A DNA stretch of 64,000 nucleotides, taken from the NCBI GenBank assembly GCA_964016885.1, contig OZ024741.1, positions 50,716,001 through 50,780,000 of the forward strand, in the 5' to 3' direction. The position numbers were made by a program, and so were the translations under genes. The notes below the pieces were generated by a model. It searched no databases and was not told the DNA's origin. It was given only the letters and a program-made list of their open reading frames with translations. Below are positions 12,448 to 23,689 of the stretch, in pieces. The first letter of the stretch is position 1; the number at the start of each line of letters is the position of its first letter. This DNA comes from Eledone cirrhosa. Taxonomy: Eukaryota.

Positions 12448-14004
12448 TGGGGATTCTTTTCTTTGTTTTTGTGCCTCTCCTTTGTTCTGTCCTACGCCAT
12501 TTTGTTTCTGTGTGTGTGTTGTGTGCTCAGTCTGCGCATGCGCCACATCCGGGGTCTGTGTGTGTTTATATTCGTTTATTTATTTGTTTATTTACATGTT
12601 ACCGGTTGGTTGCTTGTTCTATGTGCGTGTGTGTTTTCATTCTGTCCTTAATTGTAAGTTGTGATGTTGCTGTTCCACTTATATTTTCTATTTAATTTTT
12701 GTTGTAATTCTTTTATGTTTATTGCCTCTGTGATTTGTCTAAACATTGCGTCTTTTCTGTGTGTAGATTCTATTTTTATTTCTATGTTCTCTAATTTACC
12801 CTTATGTTCTATTTTAGCATGTTGGTAGAGTACAGATGATTCTTTACTATCTTGAAGGTCTCGCCAGTGTTCATTTATCTGTTCCCCTACACTACGAGCT
12901 GTCTCACCTATGTACACTATATTTTTGTCTCTACATTGTCCTTCAGTACATCTTATGCTATATACTACATTTCTAGTTTTACAGTTAATATGGGGGCTTA
13001 TTTTACAGGTTATTCATTTCTTATCTATACAGGGGGGTCTTTGAAAAGGGTATGCCTTGCTAATAAGTGTTTTTACGGAGGTACCTGGTCTTTCTACTAT
13101 CTTAATATTGAGTTTATGTTTATCTAGGGCCCTTCTAAATTTGTAAGCTAATTCAGCTCTAGGGGTTGTATCGATGAACATTACACTCTGGTATTTATTG
13201 CTATCATACCATGAGTTTATTCTATTAGCCTTATTCCTAGTTCTTTCTATTCTATTCCAAAATTTGCTCCTATACAAGGGGCAGGTCCCATTTGTGTCAT
13301 TATTTACCATTTTTTCCCATTTGGTTCTGGCTCCTCTATACACTCTGATTTTATCTCTCTGATTGTAACCAGAGAACTGCATACAGTGGATGAAGTGTTG
13401 TATGTGTCTCTCTAGTTCTTCGGGGTTGCACATGCGGGACACGTTTCTCATCACCCGTACCAAATCCAAATGAAATAGCTCGAAGAAAGACTATTCTGAG
13501 CCGTGTAATATAGGTTAACACACTGCTCCTTCGTTGAGCTGATTTTAGCCCCATACAAACGGCTGTTATTTCTAGCAGCACGAGTATGTGGCTAGCTAGA
13601 CACTGGATAACCGTATGAGGTTACCTCGTGCGCTAAACAGTCTTCCTAAATATTTTGAAGTGGAACATACCAATTTTGATAGTGCTTGCTGAGGAGATCA
13701 AAATGCGGTATTTTCTTCCACTTTTTCATTATTCGAAACATATTTGGATTTTAAGGTTTAAACCTGTCTACGGAACAGGTTTGATTTTGAAATTTAAATT
13801 TGTCCAAGCACTACGGCCATTGCCAATACAATTTGTTTTTGTTGATTTATGATATATTATCTTAAGTCATGATAGGCAAACTGTAATATTATTATTAGTA
13901 TATTTCTATCTAGCTAACTTGGTCATTTACAATACAAACATAAATATGAGGATATTTGTGTTTATCAAATATATTGATTTGTGTTAACCTATATTATGTA
14001 TATA

Positions 14005-14048
<44 letters not shown>

Positions 14049-14099
14049 AATATGTATATGTATATATATATATATATATGTATATGTATATGTATATCT

Positions 14100-14133
<34 letters not shown>

Positions 14134-14334
14134 ATGGGGAGGGTCATATTTGCGTAATATTGCCAGAATTAATAACAGAACACACTCACTGTTTGGTTGG
14201 TTTTCGCTTCTCGCTGTCTTTTATATATATATATCTGCGATCTAACTTACTCGGTCCTCAATGTTGCCATTGACTGACCGGCGGTCAAAAATAATACAGA
14301 TACAATATAGACAAACACATATATATATAGTTTA

Positions 14335-14374
14335 CATAAATCTTTCGTTGCACATCTGCAACATCGTCAGTGGT
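14335..14374 (-). ncRNA. Minimal hammerhead ribozyme (family A')
   Basis: CA CTGACGA T GTTGCA-GATG-TGCAAC GAAA GATT TA TG; stem I is short. Confidence 0.7.
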
Positions 14375-14644
14375 GTTATATTCATTGTTCCTCCTGTTGT
14401 GTTGTATGTCTACGCCATTTTTTTTTTGTTCAGTCTGTCTATATATTTATTTATTTATTTGCTTGTTTGTTTATCTTATTTTATTTTATTTTGTCTTCTT
14501 TGCGCATGCGTTTGCGTGTGTGTATAGTGTGTGATGTGTGACTAGTGTGTATAGTGTTGTGTCTGCTGGGTGACTAGTGTGTGTTTATGTGCTTGTGTAT
14601 GTATTTATTTATCTTATTTTATTTAATTTAATTTACTTATTTAT

Positions 14645-16246
14645 TTATACTTCTCTTAGGTCAGTGTTGTTTGTTTGGGTGTTGTTGTTGTTCCACTCAT
14701 TCTTTCTGTTTAGCTTTGGTCTTCTAATTTCTATTTCACTGGCCTCTCTGATTTGCCTATCTGCTGGGTCATTCCTATGTTTAGATATTATTCTAATTTC
14801 TATGTTGTCTATGTTACCGTCATGATGTTGTCTAGCATGTTCGTATAGTACTGACCCGTTTTTTCGTCCTTTTAGTTCCCCCCAGTGTTGGTCTATCCTT
14901 TCACCTATGCTACGAGCTGTCTCACCTACGTATGTTGTTGTCGTGTTTCTGCAAGTACCCTCTGTACATCTTATGCTATAGACTACGTTTCTAGTTTTAC
15001 AGTTTATCCGGGGGTTCACCTTACATATGATACATTTCCTATTGGTACAGTGGGTTTTCTTAAAAGGGTAGGTTTTGCTGATCAGGGATTTTATGGTGGT
15101 TCCTGGCTTTTCTACCACCTTTATTTTTAAGTGGGTCTTTCTCAGGGCCTTTCTACACTGGTTAGCTAATTTCCCTCCAGGGGTGGCGTCCACAAACATG
15201 ACACTCTGATATCTCTGGTTGTCGTACCATGATGTGGCCTTCCCTATCTTATGTCTAGCCCTATCTAAGCTATTCCATGATTTGCTCCTGTATAGTGGGC
15301 AAATTCCTTTCATGTCCAGTTCTATGAGGGTCTTATACTTTTCCATGGCTCCTTCGTATACTCTGACTCTGTCTCTTTGGTTGTAGCCAGAGAACTGCAT
15401 GCGGTTGATGAAGTGTTGGATGTGTCCTTCCATTTCTGTTGGGTCGCACATGCTGGACACATTCTTCATCACTCGTACCAAATCTGCGATCAGAATATTA
15501 AACTTAGCACTACTGGACATTGCTGAGTTTTTGAGTATCAGGTATTTGGAGGCCATGGGTTTAGCATAGTGTGAGTGGAGAATTTGGGCTCTCTCGTCTA
15601 TAGTGTTAATCCAGAGTTCTGTGTCTAATACAGGTAGTCTATTGTTAGGGTGTTTGGAAGGGAAGTCTATAGTTACAGTTATACTCTGGTGTATGGAATT
15701 AGCTATCTGCTGGATGCTTTCCATCGTGCTACGTTCTAAATCAAACTTGTTAGTGCTCTCTAGTGGGGGTGTTCTTATAACTATATTGATATCGTCTACA
15801 TAACGAGAGTACATGATGAGGTCTATGGAGCTTTCATTAAGGAGATCTTTAAGTCTCCTTTCCCACCATACCATGAAAAGGTTGGCAACATCGCCAGCTA
15901 TGCTGACGCCGATGGCTGCTCCCTCATTTTGGGTGTAGATTTTCTCATTGAACTTAAATATGTGGCCCTTTAGGGTAGTTTTGATACTAGCCCCTATTGC
16001 ATGTGCGACCATTTTTCTTACCTGATCAGTGTTTTGGGGGGTCCGTATAGCTTTGGTCCACCCAATCCACCTTCCTATGGGAGTCTTTTTAGCCATTGAG
16101 GTTATGGTGGGGGGTCTACCTCTTATAGGTCTACTAGGGCAGAAACATCTAAGGTCATGGCTGTCTAGGTAGTCAGTGTCGTAGGTAAGTCTAAGTAGGA
16201 GGCCCAGTTCGTCTGTGTCGACGTCGCAGAACTCCACCTCACTCTC
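14645..16246 (-). pseudogene. PLE RT C-terminal half + GIY-YIG endonuclease, uninterrupted ~530 codons
   Basis: 542-aa ORF in the track; its first ~9 residues come from the inverted segment. Confidence 0.92.
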
Positions 16247-16522
16247 AATATCTGTTTCGACACACGATTTCATATAAAAAACCTCGCAAAACTAATTCAT
16301 CGCCGCTATATATATATATATATATATATAATGTTTTATATAGAAATGGCTTCTACAGGACTAGAACTGTTTCACTTAAGAGAAATCATCAGGAAAGGGC
16401 TTTCCTGATATATGATGTTTACACTCTACTAATGTATTGAGTACCTTACTAATTGTGGTTACTCCCGATTGAACCCAGAACTCTCAAACATTCTCTCTCT
16501 CTGTCTCTCTCTCTCTCACACA

Positions 16523-16722
16523 NNNNNNNNNNNNNNNNNNNNNNNNNNNNNNNNNNNNNNNNNNNNNNNNNNNNNNNNNNNNNNNNNNNNNNNNNNNNNN
16601 NNNNNNNNNNNNNNNNNNNNNNNNNNNNNNNNNNNNNNNNNNNNNNNNNNNNNNNNNNNNNNNNNNNNNNNNNNNNNNNNNNNNNNNNNNNNNNNNNNNN
16701 NNNNNNNNNNNNNNNNNNNNNN
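16523..16722. other. Assembly gap (200 N)
   Basis: N run. Confidence 1.
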
Positions 16723-17197
16723 ATTCAATTTAGCTTCCCATAACTTTATTTATTTCTCTAGTTATTTATTTATTCATTTATTTGTGTTTTTCGAAGGAAA
16801 AAAATTATTTTAGAAAATGTAGATTTTAAAAAAATGAAAAAGAAAAAAATATATATTAAGAAAAAAATAGAAATTAATTGTTTTTAAAAGACAATTGAAT
16901 TTAGCATCGTGTATTTATTGTCCCGCAGGGGTTGTTCATAACTAGTGTTTGTGGTGGTGGTAAGGTATGTGGTGATCGCCGCCATGATGGTGATGGTAGA
17001 AGTAGTTGTAGTGAAATTGTATATATCTATCTTGTTATTTTCATTAAAATAACTCCCATTTTGGTCATCTTGTCCAAATAACTATATTTGATGCATAATA
17101 ACCTCGCCTAATAACCAAACATAGCATGAGGTGTCCGTTGCTCATAAAAGTTTTAAATAGCAAAGGAAGTTCAAGGACCTAATTTGAAAAGGGTACC

Positions 17198-17331
17198 CAG
17201 TGCCGGATTTAGGACAAATGTAGGATCTGTGTTAGTTAAGTTATGAGGCCCTTTACCTAGGCCCTGAACAAGGTAGGCCAACGGGGCCTTGTGCTTACGC
17301 ACACCTAAGCACAATGGAAAATCCGGCACTG
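17198..17331. mobile_element. hAT-type MITE, 134 bp
   Basis: 13-bp TIR CAGTGCCGGATTT/AAATCCGGCACTG; the 8-bp flanks match at only 5 of 8 positions. Confidence 0.65.
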
Positions 17332-17632
17332 CCGGCACCCCATCAGAACTTGTTAACCACTCAATTAAGCTTGCCTCCACCTAAACAATGTATTGGAATA
17401 GTGAAACATATACTTACGAGGATGGGATGAAACGTTCATAGGTTGACTATGGGGGAGAGAGAAAGGAGTAAGTAAGAGAGATATAGAGAGAGGGGTAAGG
17501 AAGATAGAGAGAGAAAGAAAGAGAGGAATAGGGAAGAGAGAGAAAGAGAGGAGTAAGGAAGAGAGAGAGAAAGAGAGAGGAGTAAGGAAGGGAGAGAGAG
17601 GGGAGAAAGGAAGTGAGAGGCAGGAAGGAGTA

Positions 17633-17672
<40 letters not shown>

Positions 17673-17717
17673 TCATTAGTGCGAACTATCAAAGTAAAGT
17701 GGTAACTGTATAATAAT

Positions 17718-17907
17718 TGTTTCTACATTTGGCACAAGGCCAGCAATTATCCCAGTACATCACTGGTACTTTATTTTATCGACCCAGTAAGGATGAAAAG
17801 AAAAGTTAACCTCAGCGGGATTTGAACTCAGACCATAAAGGCCCGTAACGCATTGCTGCAAAGCATGGCGTCCGACCCTCTACCGATACCGCCAATCCAC
17901 CGCCCCT
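17718..17907 (-). mobile_element. tRNA-derived SINE (Nin/Deu-like central domain)
   Basis: B box GAGTTCAAATCCC, central CTTTTCATCCTTAC.GGGTCGATAAAATAAAGTACCAG; imperfect TSD TGT(A/G)TAATAAT. Confidence 0.85.
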
Positions 17908-18090
17908 TGTGTAATAATACAATATATTAGGTAAGAACTATTTTGGGTAAAACCAATGTACCTCCGAATCAGGGTAAAGTGGTAAAGTGTAATAATACAA
18001 TATATTAGGTAAGAACCATTTTGGGTAAAACCAATGTACCTCCTAATCAAGGTAAAGTGGTATCTGTGTAACAATACAATATATTAGGTA
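17908..18090. repeat. ~78-bp tandem repeat, about 2.3 copies
   Basis: GTAA(T/C)AATACAATATATTAGG at 17911, 17989 and 18068. Confidence 0.9.
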
Positions 18091-18212
18091 GGAATCGGTG
18101 TCCAGTAATGGATGAGATGGAAGTTCTGTTATCTCAACGTTGTTGAATATTACAATTCCCTCTGGCCATTTTAATTTACTTACCAGGATCGGCAGAAAGG
18201 TTGATAGGCTAA

Positions 18213-18502
18213 CTATGAAGGAGTAATGCTAGAGGTGTGACATCTTACATGCATTAATTTTAACTCTTCTCATCAATAACTGCATTGTTTCTTTCCAGGG
18301 ACCATGTTGTAAAATAAACCTCATTTGGTCATTTCATAAGAGTATCTTGGCCAGTCTATGAAGGAGTGATGCTAGAGCTATGAAATCTTGCATTAATTTC
18401 AACTAATCTTATTAATAACTGAATTGTTTCTTTCTTGGGACTATGTTTGAAAAATAAACCTCATTTATTCATTCCATGAGAGTATTTTGGTCAGCCTATG
18501 AA
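18213..18502. repeat. ~143-bp tandem duplication
   Basis: CTATGAAGGAGT(A/G)ATGCTAGAG at about 18213 and 18357. Confidence 0.85.
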
Positions 18503-18999
18503 CAGTACAGTCCTCTCTCTATTATCTTTCTTTGCTGGTTCCATATAAGTTAATTAAAAACTTTTATAGTTTTTGGCCCCTGGTGTACCGTTCATCTTTT
18601 TTCATGTTACCTTTTAGCTGTTTCAGTCAGGGGCGTTAGGGCAGGTCCCAAGACATCTTTTAGGGTCACTGAAGACAGGTAGAATGAAATTATCCCGAGA
18701 TTGGAAGAACTAGCTCTAATGATTTCAACTGTGTGGAACTTCACTAAAACCAATGAAGGACCAGGTGATGGTGTTAAAACAGACAACAAATAGGATCTGC
18801 CACCCAAGTGAACCCCAATAAAGGTAGACAAGGGTCAGGTGTTAAATTATGTCTGGAATACTATAACCAACAGTGCCATTGTCCACCGATTGAAACAAAA
18901 TATACAACAGAAGCAACGTCAAAAGTTTAAAAATAACCAATGTAGAACCATTAAAGAGAAATGATATGGAAGGCACTGTAGGTGTATGTGTCACAATTC

Positions 19000-19400
19000 C
19001 AACACAGTTTATGTTGAGGTAGACATGACCAGAAGCTCTCTACATTCAAGAACTACATCATGAGACTTATGAATAACAAACGACTCAGCGACCATATCTC
19101 TATCAATGAGCTACTCAACATTACCAAGCTTAAACCAATCACATCAGTTATAAAGTCAAGAGTACTTACTGTATGATTATATCAAAAGATCGACTCGTGG
19201 CGTAAGTAAGTTATGCCTTGAAGGAAAGTTAGTCAGTAAGAGAAGCAGAGGTCAACAGCCTAAACGATGGCTTGATAATGTCAACTTATGGACTGAATTT
19301 GACCTTTGCTCTTTAAACTTTGCTGTTGGTGATCGAACTTTGTGGAGAAGAATATCTCATGTTGATGTGCAGTCTGCAATAGGCGGAGTGAGCGTCTAGG
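19000..19400 (+). pseudogene. RTE-clade LINE 3' coding remnant
   Basis: Translates to ...LCLEGKLVSKRSRGQQPKRWLDNV...AVGDRTLWRR, a typical RTE post-RT C-terminus. Confidence 0.65.
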
Positions 19401-19808
19401 AAAGATATGACCAAGTGGTTAACAAGTTCTGTTTGGGTGATTGATTTAATTAGGTTCTTAAACATTTTCTGTTATTCAAAATATAGAATTTGCTATTTAA
19501 AAAGAAATTTTTACAGAACGATAGGCGGGTACAGGTTATACTTATTCACTCTGTAAATGAGGTGTGTGTTTCAGAACATATGCTCCCGGCCTCATTATAA
19601 ACATTGGAGATGTTGTAGTTGGTGCCTGTGGTGTCCTTTGTGGTGGGGGTGGGCTGCTGATGATGGTGAGGTTTGTGTGGGTGTTGGCATTTGTTGCCTC
19701 ATCATTTTAACTTTTTTCTTCTTTTTTTCAACATCTTTTTATTGGGGGGGGGGGGGGGGGGGGGCGAAAATAAAGAGTCTTTTCTTTTTTTCTTTTTGTT
19801 CTTGTGGT

Positions 19809-19982
19809 AGGCGGCTTGCGATAGAGCGTCAGACACCATGATTTGCAGCATAGTTATGGCCCTTTGCGTTCTGAGTTCAAATCCGCCGAGGTTAACTTTG
19901 CCTTTCATCCTTACGTGGTCGATAAAATAAAGTACCAGTGATGCACTGGGGTAATCGCTGGCCTTGTGCCAAAAGTAGAAAC
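19809..19982 (+). mobile_element. tRNA-derived SINE
   Basis: Same family as 17718-17907. Confidence 0.8.
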
Positions 19983-20238
19983 TCTCTAGTCTCGTCACAA
20001 TCCATGTCCAACTGTGTGACATTGGGGAGGATCATGGCTTCAAAGAGCGTTGGTGTTGTTGGAGGTTATGGCGTTTCTTGTGACATATTTTTAGCAGGCT
20101 GTATTCTTCCTTGAGCTGCTGCTGCTGTTGTTAGTGCTGGTGATGATGTTGTTGCGCTTATTGCGGTTGATGGTGGTTTTGTTGTTTTTCCTGTGGAACT
20201 TGTTGTTGACCTTTCTTTAGGCGCTTATACGAGTTTAT

Positions 20239-20310
20239 AAGCGTCTGAAGAAAGGCAACTAATTTGATGCCTCTTGTATGTATGTGCCTTGAAACCTTGG
20301 GTAGCGACTT
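20239..20310 (+). ncRNA. Isolated hammerhead ribozyme (solo pLTR fragment)
   Basis: CGT CTGAAGA AAGGCA...TGCCTT GAAA CC-TTG-GG TA GCG, followed by AATAAA. Confidence 0.7.
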
Positions 20311-20340
20311 TGTTCTGTGTATGAACGTAAATAAATAATT

Positions 20341-20496
20341 GTCTCTACTTTAGGCACAAGGCCAGCAATTATCCAGTGCATTACTGGTACATTATTTTAT
20401 CGACCCCGTAAGGATGAAAGGCAAAGTCAACCTCGGCGGGATTTGAACTCAGATCGTAAAGGGAGGTAACTATGCTGGAAAGCATAGCGTCCGACA
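20341..20496 (-). mobile_element. tRNA-derived SINE, 5'-truncated
   Basis: Same family as 17718-17907. Confidence 0.8.
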
Positions 20497-20514
20497 TAAA
20501 TAATATAATATAAT

Positions 20515-20593
<79 letters not shown>

Positions 20594-20612
20594 ACACACA
20601 TACATATATATA

Positions 20613-20644
<32 letters not shown>

Positions 20645-20690
20645 TATGGAATACTGTGAGCTTCTCGCTACAACAATTTCTATACTTTTC

Positions 20691-20771
<81 letters not shown>

Positions 20772-20779
<8 letters not shown>

Positions 20780-21074
20780 AAGAAAAAAACATAGAATATT
20801 CGAAAATATTCTGTATGTTTATAATAAACATTTTGAAGACCTAATCGCTATAGAATAGAATACGTCACGTATTACAATTTGAGATTCTCGATAAAAGCAA
20901 GGGAAGTAACCTACGCGTTTCATTCTTATTAGAAATCATCAGGATTACATATCCAATGCTTTTATCGAGAATGAGCGATTAGGCCTTCAAAATGTTTATT
21001 ATAAACATACAGAATATTTTCGAATATTCTATGTTTTTCTTCACATATATATCGCTATTTCAGAGCATTAAATC

Positions 21075-21078
<4 letters not shown>
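20772..21078. mobile_element. Small HHR-bearing foldback element in (TA)n; HHR at 20906-20948 on the minus strand
   Basis: 20772-20849 is inverted at 20973-21050. HHR reads GTAATC CTGATGA TTTCT-AATA-AGAAT GAAA CGCG TA GGTTAC. Confidence 0.8.
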
Positions 21079-21132
<54 letters not shown>

Positions 21133-21614
21133 GTATTTATGGAAGTATACAAAGGTCTACGCTTCCGCCTTAAAACTAATATGTTTATGAATGGGCAATA
21201 TTTTTACCTATATCTAACTTGTTCATGTATATTGTTTGGTGGTGGTTCCCATCCTTGATCGCAGAGTTTATTTCTCTTTCCTTTCAGTAATTGTTAATCT
21301 TTCTATTTCAAGCTTTGCTTTATTTTAGCCTTGCTTATGTTTCTTGCCATTACTTCCATGTACAACTTACCTCCAGTTCAGTTCGTTGTATTTCTGTTTT
21401 CTTGGACGTGTGTCAAGCCTTTAGTAATAATTCATTTCTGGGGGTAATGAAGTAATTGTATGTGGGTTTGCAGTGGCCAATGATAACGCAAACGTGGTGT
21501 GGTAAGTAAATACATACATATACATCAAGTCCGAACAAAATGGAACCAAACTCCCACTGTCTTTGCCTCTGTTTCTCCCACTCTCCCCATCTCTCACTAT
21601 TATAAGCAAATGGT

Positions 21615-21815
21615 GGTCTACGCACTGGCGGCCCAGGCGGTCAGAATAGAGAAGGCGTTTCTCCGGAGGATCGTGAGGAAGACGCACTGGAACAGCCATT
21701 CCAGCTCGCGTGTGTCACTCCTGCGAGTAGCCAACTCTGTGGCGATGGTGGTAAGTAGGGAGGTTGTCCTAGAGCCAAAGACACCAGAAGTCTCCACTGT
21801 TTTCTTAGTCAAGCA
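21615..21815 (-). pseudogene. CRE-like REL endonuclease C-terminal remnant
   Basis: VETSGVFG...RELEWLFQ..FLTILRRNAFSIL. Confidence 0.6.
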
Positions 21816-21970
21816 GTTTCTATGTGAAAAAACTTCGATTGCTTTACTGGCAATTACCTGTTGAATATTTGAAACATTGACTCTCCCATTTACTTCTTTT
21901 ATGCTGTCAATCCTCTACTCTTCTTCATTATTCTTTCCACTTAATTCACGTATTTCATTATTTGTCTTCA

Positions 21971-22154
21971 TTAAGGCGGTGGATTGGCAGTATCGATTGA
22001 GAGTCAGACACCATGCTTTGCAGCATGGAGGTATGGTCCTTTACGGTCTGAGTTCAAATCCCGCCGAGGTTAACATCCTTACGGAGTCGATAAAAAAGCA
22101 CCAGTAACGTACTGGGGTTGATTTAATCCACTTTCCCCTCCTCCAAATTACCAA
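21971..22154 (+). mobile_element. tRNA-derived SINE with 16-bp TSD
   Basis: TSD TCATTATTTGTCTTCA at 21955 and 22155. Confidence 0.9.
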
Positions 22155-22487
22155 TCATTATTTGTCTTCACCTCTATTTATATAATTCTCTTCTCTTCAT
22201 TTCCCATGTCCGCCCTGTGCACACTTCGAAAAATCTTATCTTATTTTATTTTTTATATCTACCATTCTTTCTATCTTTCGCTCGTCATCTATGTCTCTGT
22301 TGTATCACGTCACCTCTCTAATCGACCCTTCTCAATTATAGAGCTCTCTATTTCCTTTCTCAGCCTATATGTTTTAACTTTATTATCACTTCGCCTTTCA
22401 CATTTTTTGCATTCCTCCCTATATTTCACTGGCCGCTAAGTGTCAGCTGAGTATTTTTCTCTCTTTTCTTCTCTGTTAAATTCCTGC

Positions 22488-22576
<89 letters not shown>

Positions 22577-22577
<1 letters not shown>

Positions 22578-22989
22578 GCTGAGGTCAGACACCTTTCTCT
22601 CCGGCCAACAACTGATTCTTTTTTTCAAATACCACTTTGGAAGAAGAATCAGGATGGAGAGAGAGGTGCTGTACCCCAGCAAGTTTTATGAAAGGTGGGT
22701 GAAAGTGACGAGAATGACCCAAGTGAATGGGCCTTCTCTCTATATCAGCCTGTAGGTTGAGGAAAAAGAGGAAGAGAGGAAAGGGGTACAAATTCTTCGT
22801 ACTCCTGAAGATGAGGGTTGCACATTTTTTTCGGGGGTATGTGCTACCCATATGAACTGTCTCCCCTATTGGGGAAAATCGATTAACTTTTAATTTACAA
22901 TTGTGATAACATTTTACACGTTTTTATTGTATGTAACCCCCCCTTTGTAATTGTCCCCTTCTTTTGTGCCCCTGTGGCTAATAAAGAAA
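22577..22989 (+). mobile_element. Tx1/L1-like 3' fragment in (TATC)n
   Basis: C-terminus FFKYHFGRRIRMEREVL..SKFYERWVKV; ends GTGGCTAATAAAGAAAC; related to 63118-63665. Confidence 0.6.
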
Positions 22990-23039
22990 CATATCTATCT
23001 ATCTATCTATCATCTAACCATCCATCCACCCCTATATTA

Positions 23040-23620
23040 ATAATTTCTCTCTCTTGCTTCTCTCAGCATATCCATTTCTTTCACGTTCTACATTCCCATA
23101 TCGTCTTGTATGTATAGACCCGTAACTTCTGATGGAGTTGTAGGGGCACCATTGAGACATACAGTGTCCCCTGGGTATTTTTGAAAAACTGGCGGGCTGA
23201 TTCCCTCTCCAGGACTTCTTCTCGCTGCTATCTTTAGCGCTCTTAATGACCAGTCCTGTAAAATATCTGCTCTTATGTAAGACGTTAACTTTTGGCACCA
23301 TATGCTTATATTTTGAGCGTCATGCTTGGACAAGCTTTTTAGGGTTTTATGAGGCGTTACGTCAGACCGATTTCCTTGAAATTGTAACTATGTATTAGTC
23401 AGTCTCTTCTTCATACCGTGAGCAAAGAAAATCCAACTATTTTTTATGGCTTAGGCTATGTAGAACCTGCATTTTTCTTGCTTCATTGAGGAAAATCTTA
23501 AAGATTATCCAGCCATCAGAGTATTCGGTTTATTTTCTTTACATATTGTCCAGACATGCAGTTTTTCCACGATTAGGTCTGTTGGCGACCCGCGTTCCAA
23601 AATACCTTATCCTGTGCAAC
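23040..23620 (-). pseudogene. Old LINE (possibly CR1/L2 group) 3' remnant
   Basis: Weak, frameshifted similarity to post-RT C-termini, by eye only. Confidence 0.3.
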
Positions 23621-23637
23621 GCCGGGTACCACTGCTA

Positions 23638-23683
<46 letters not shown>

Positions 23684-23689
<6 letters not shown>

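Larger units (their letters stand above)
14135..16308 (-). mobile_element. 5'-truncated Neptune-like PLE (family A') with an inverted terminal segment
   Basis: Open frame from about 16246 to 14645 with RT (GAAIG, RYVDD), linker CTNRKCIIC...C and GIY-YIG (VVYSIRC..YVGETAR). 16246-16308 is the ORF N-terminus on the + strand. Both ends lie in (TA)n. Confidence 0.93.

Noticed and set aside
13014-13016. In-frame TGA at a linker Cys, suggesting selenocysteine as in some Naiad PLEs
   Set aside because: The other two family A copies and family A' have TGT here, so a single substitution is more likely.
16247-16273. MKSCVETDI as the start of a 542-aa gene
   Set aside because: It is the antisense reading of the inverted terminal arm.
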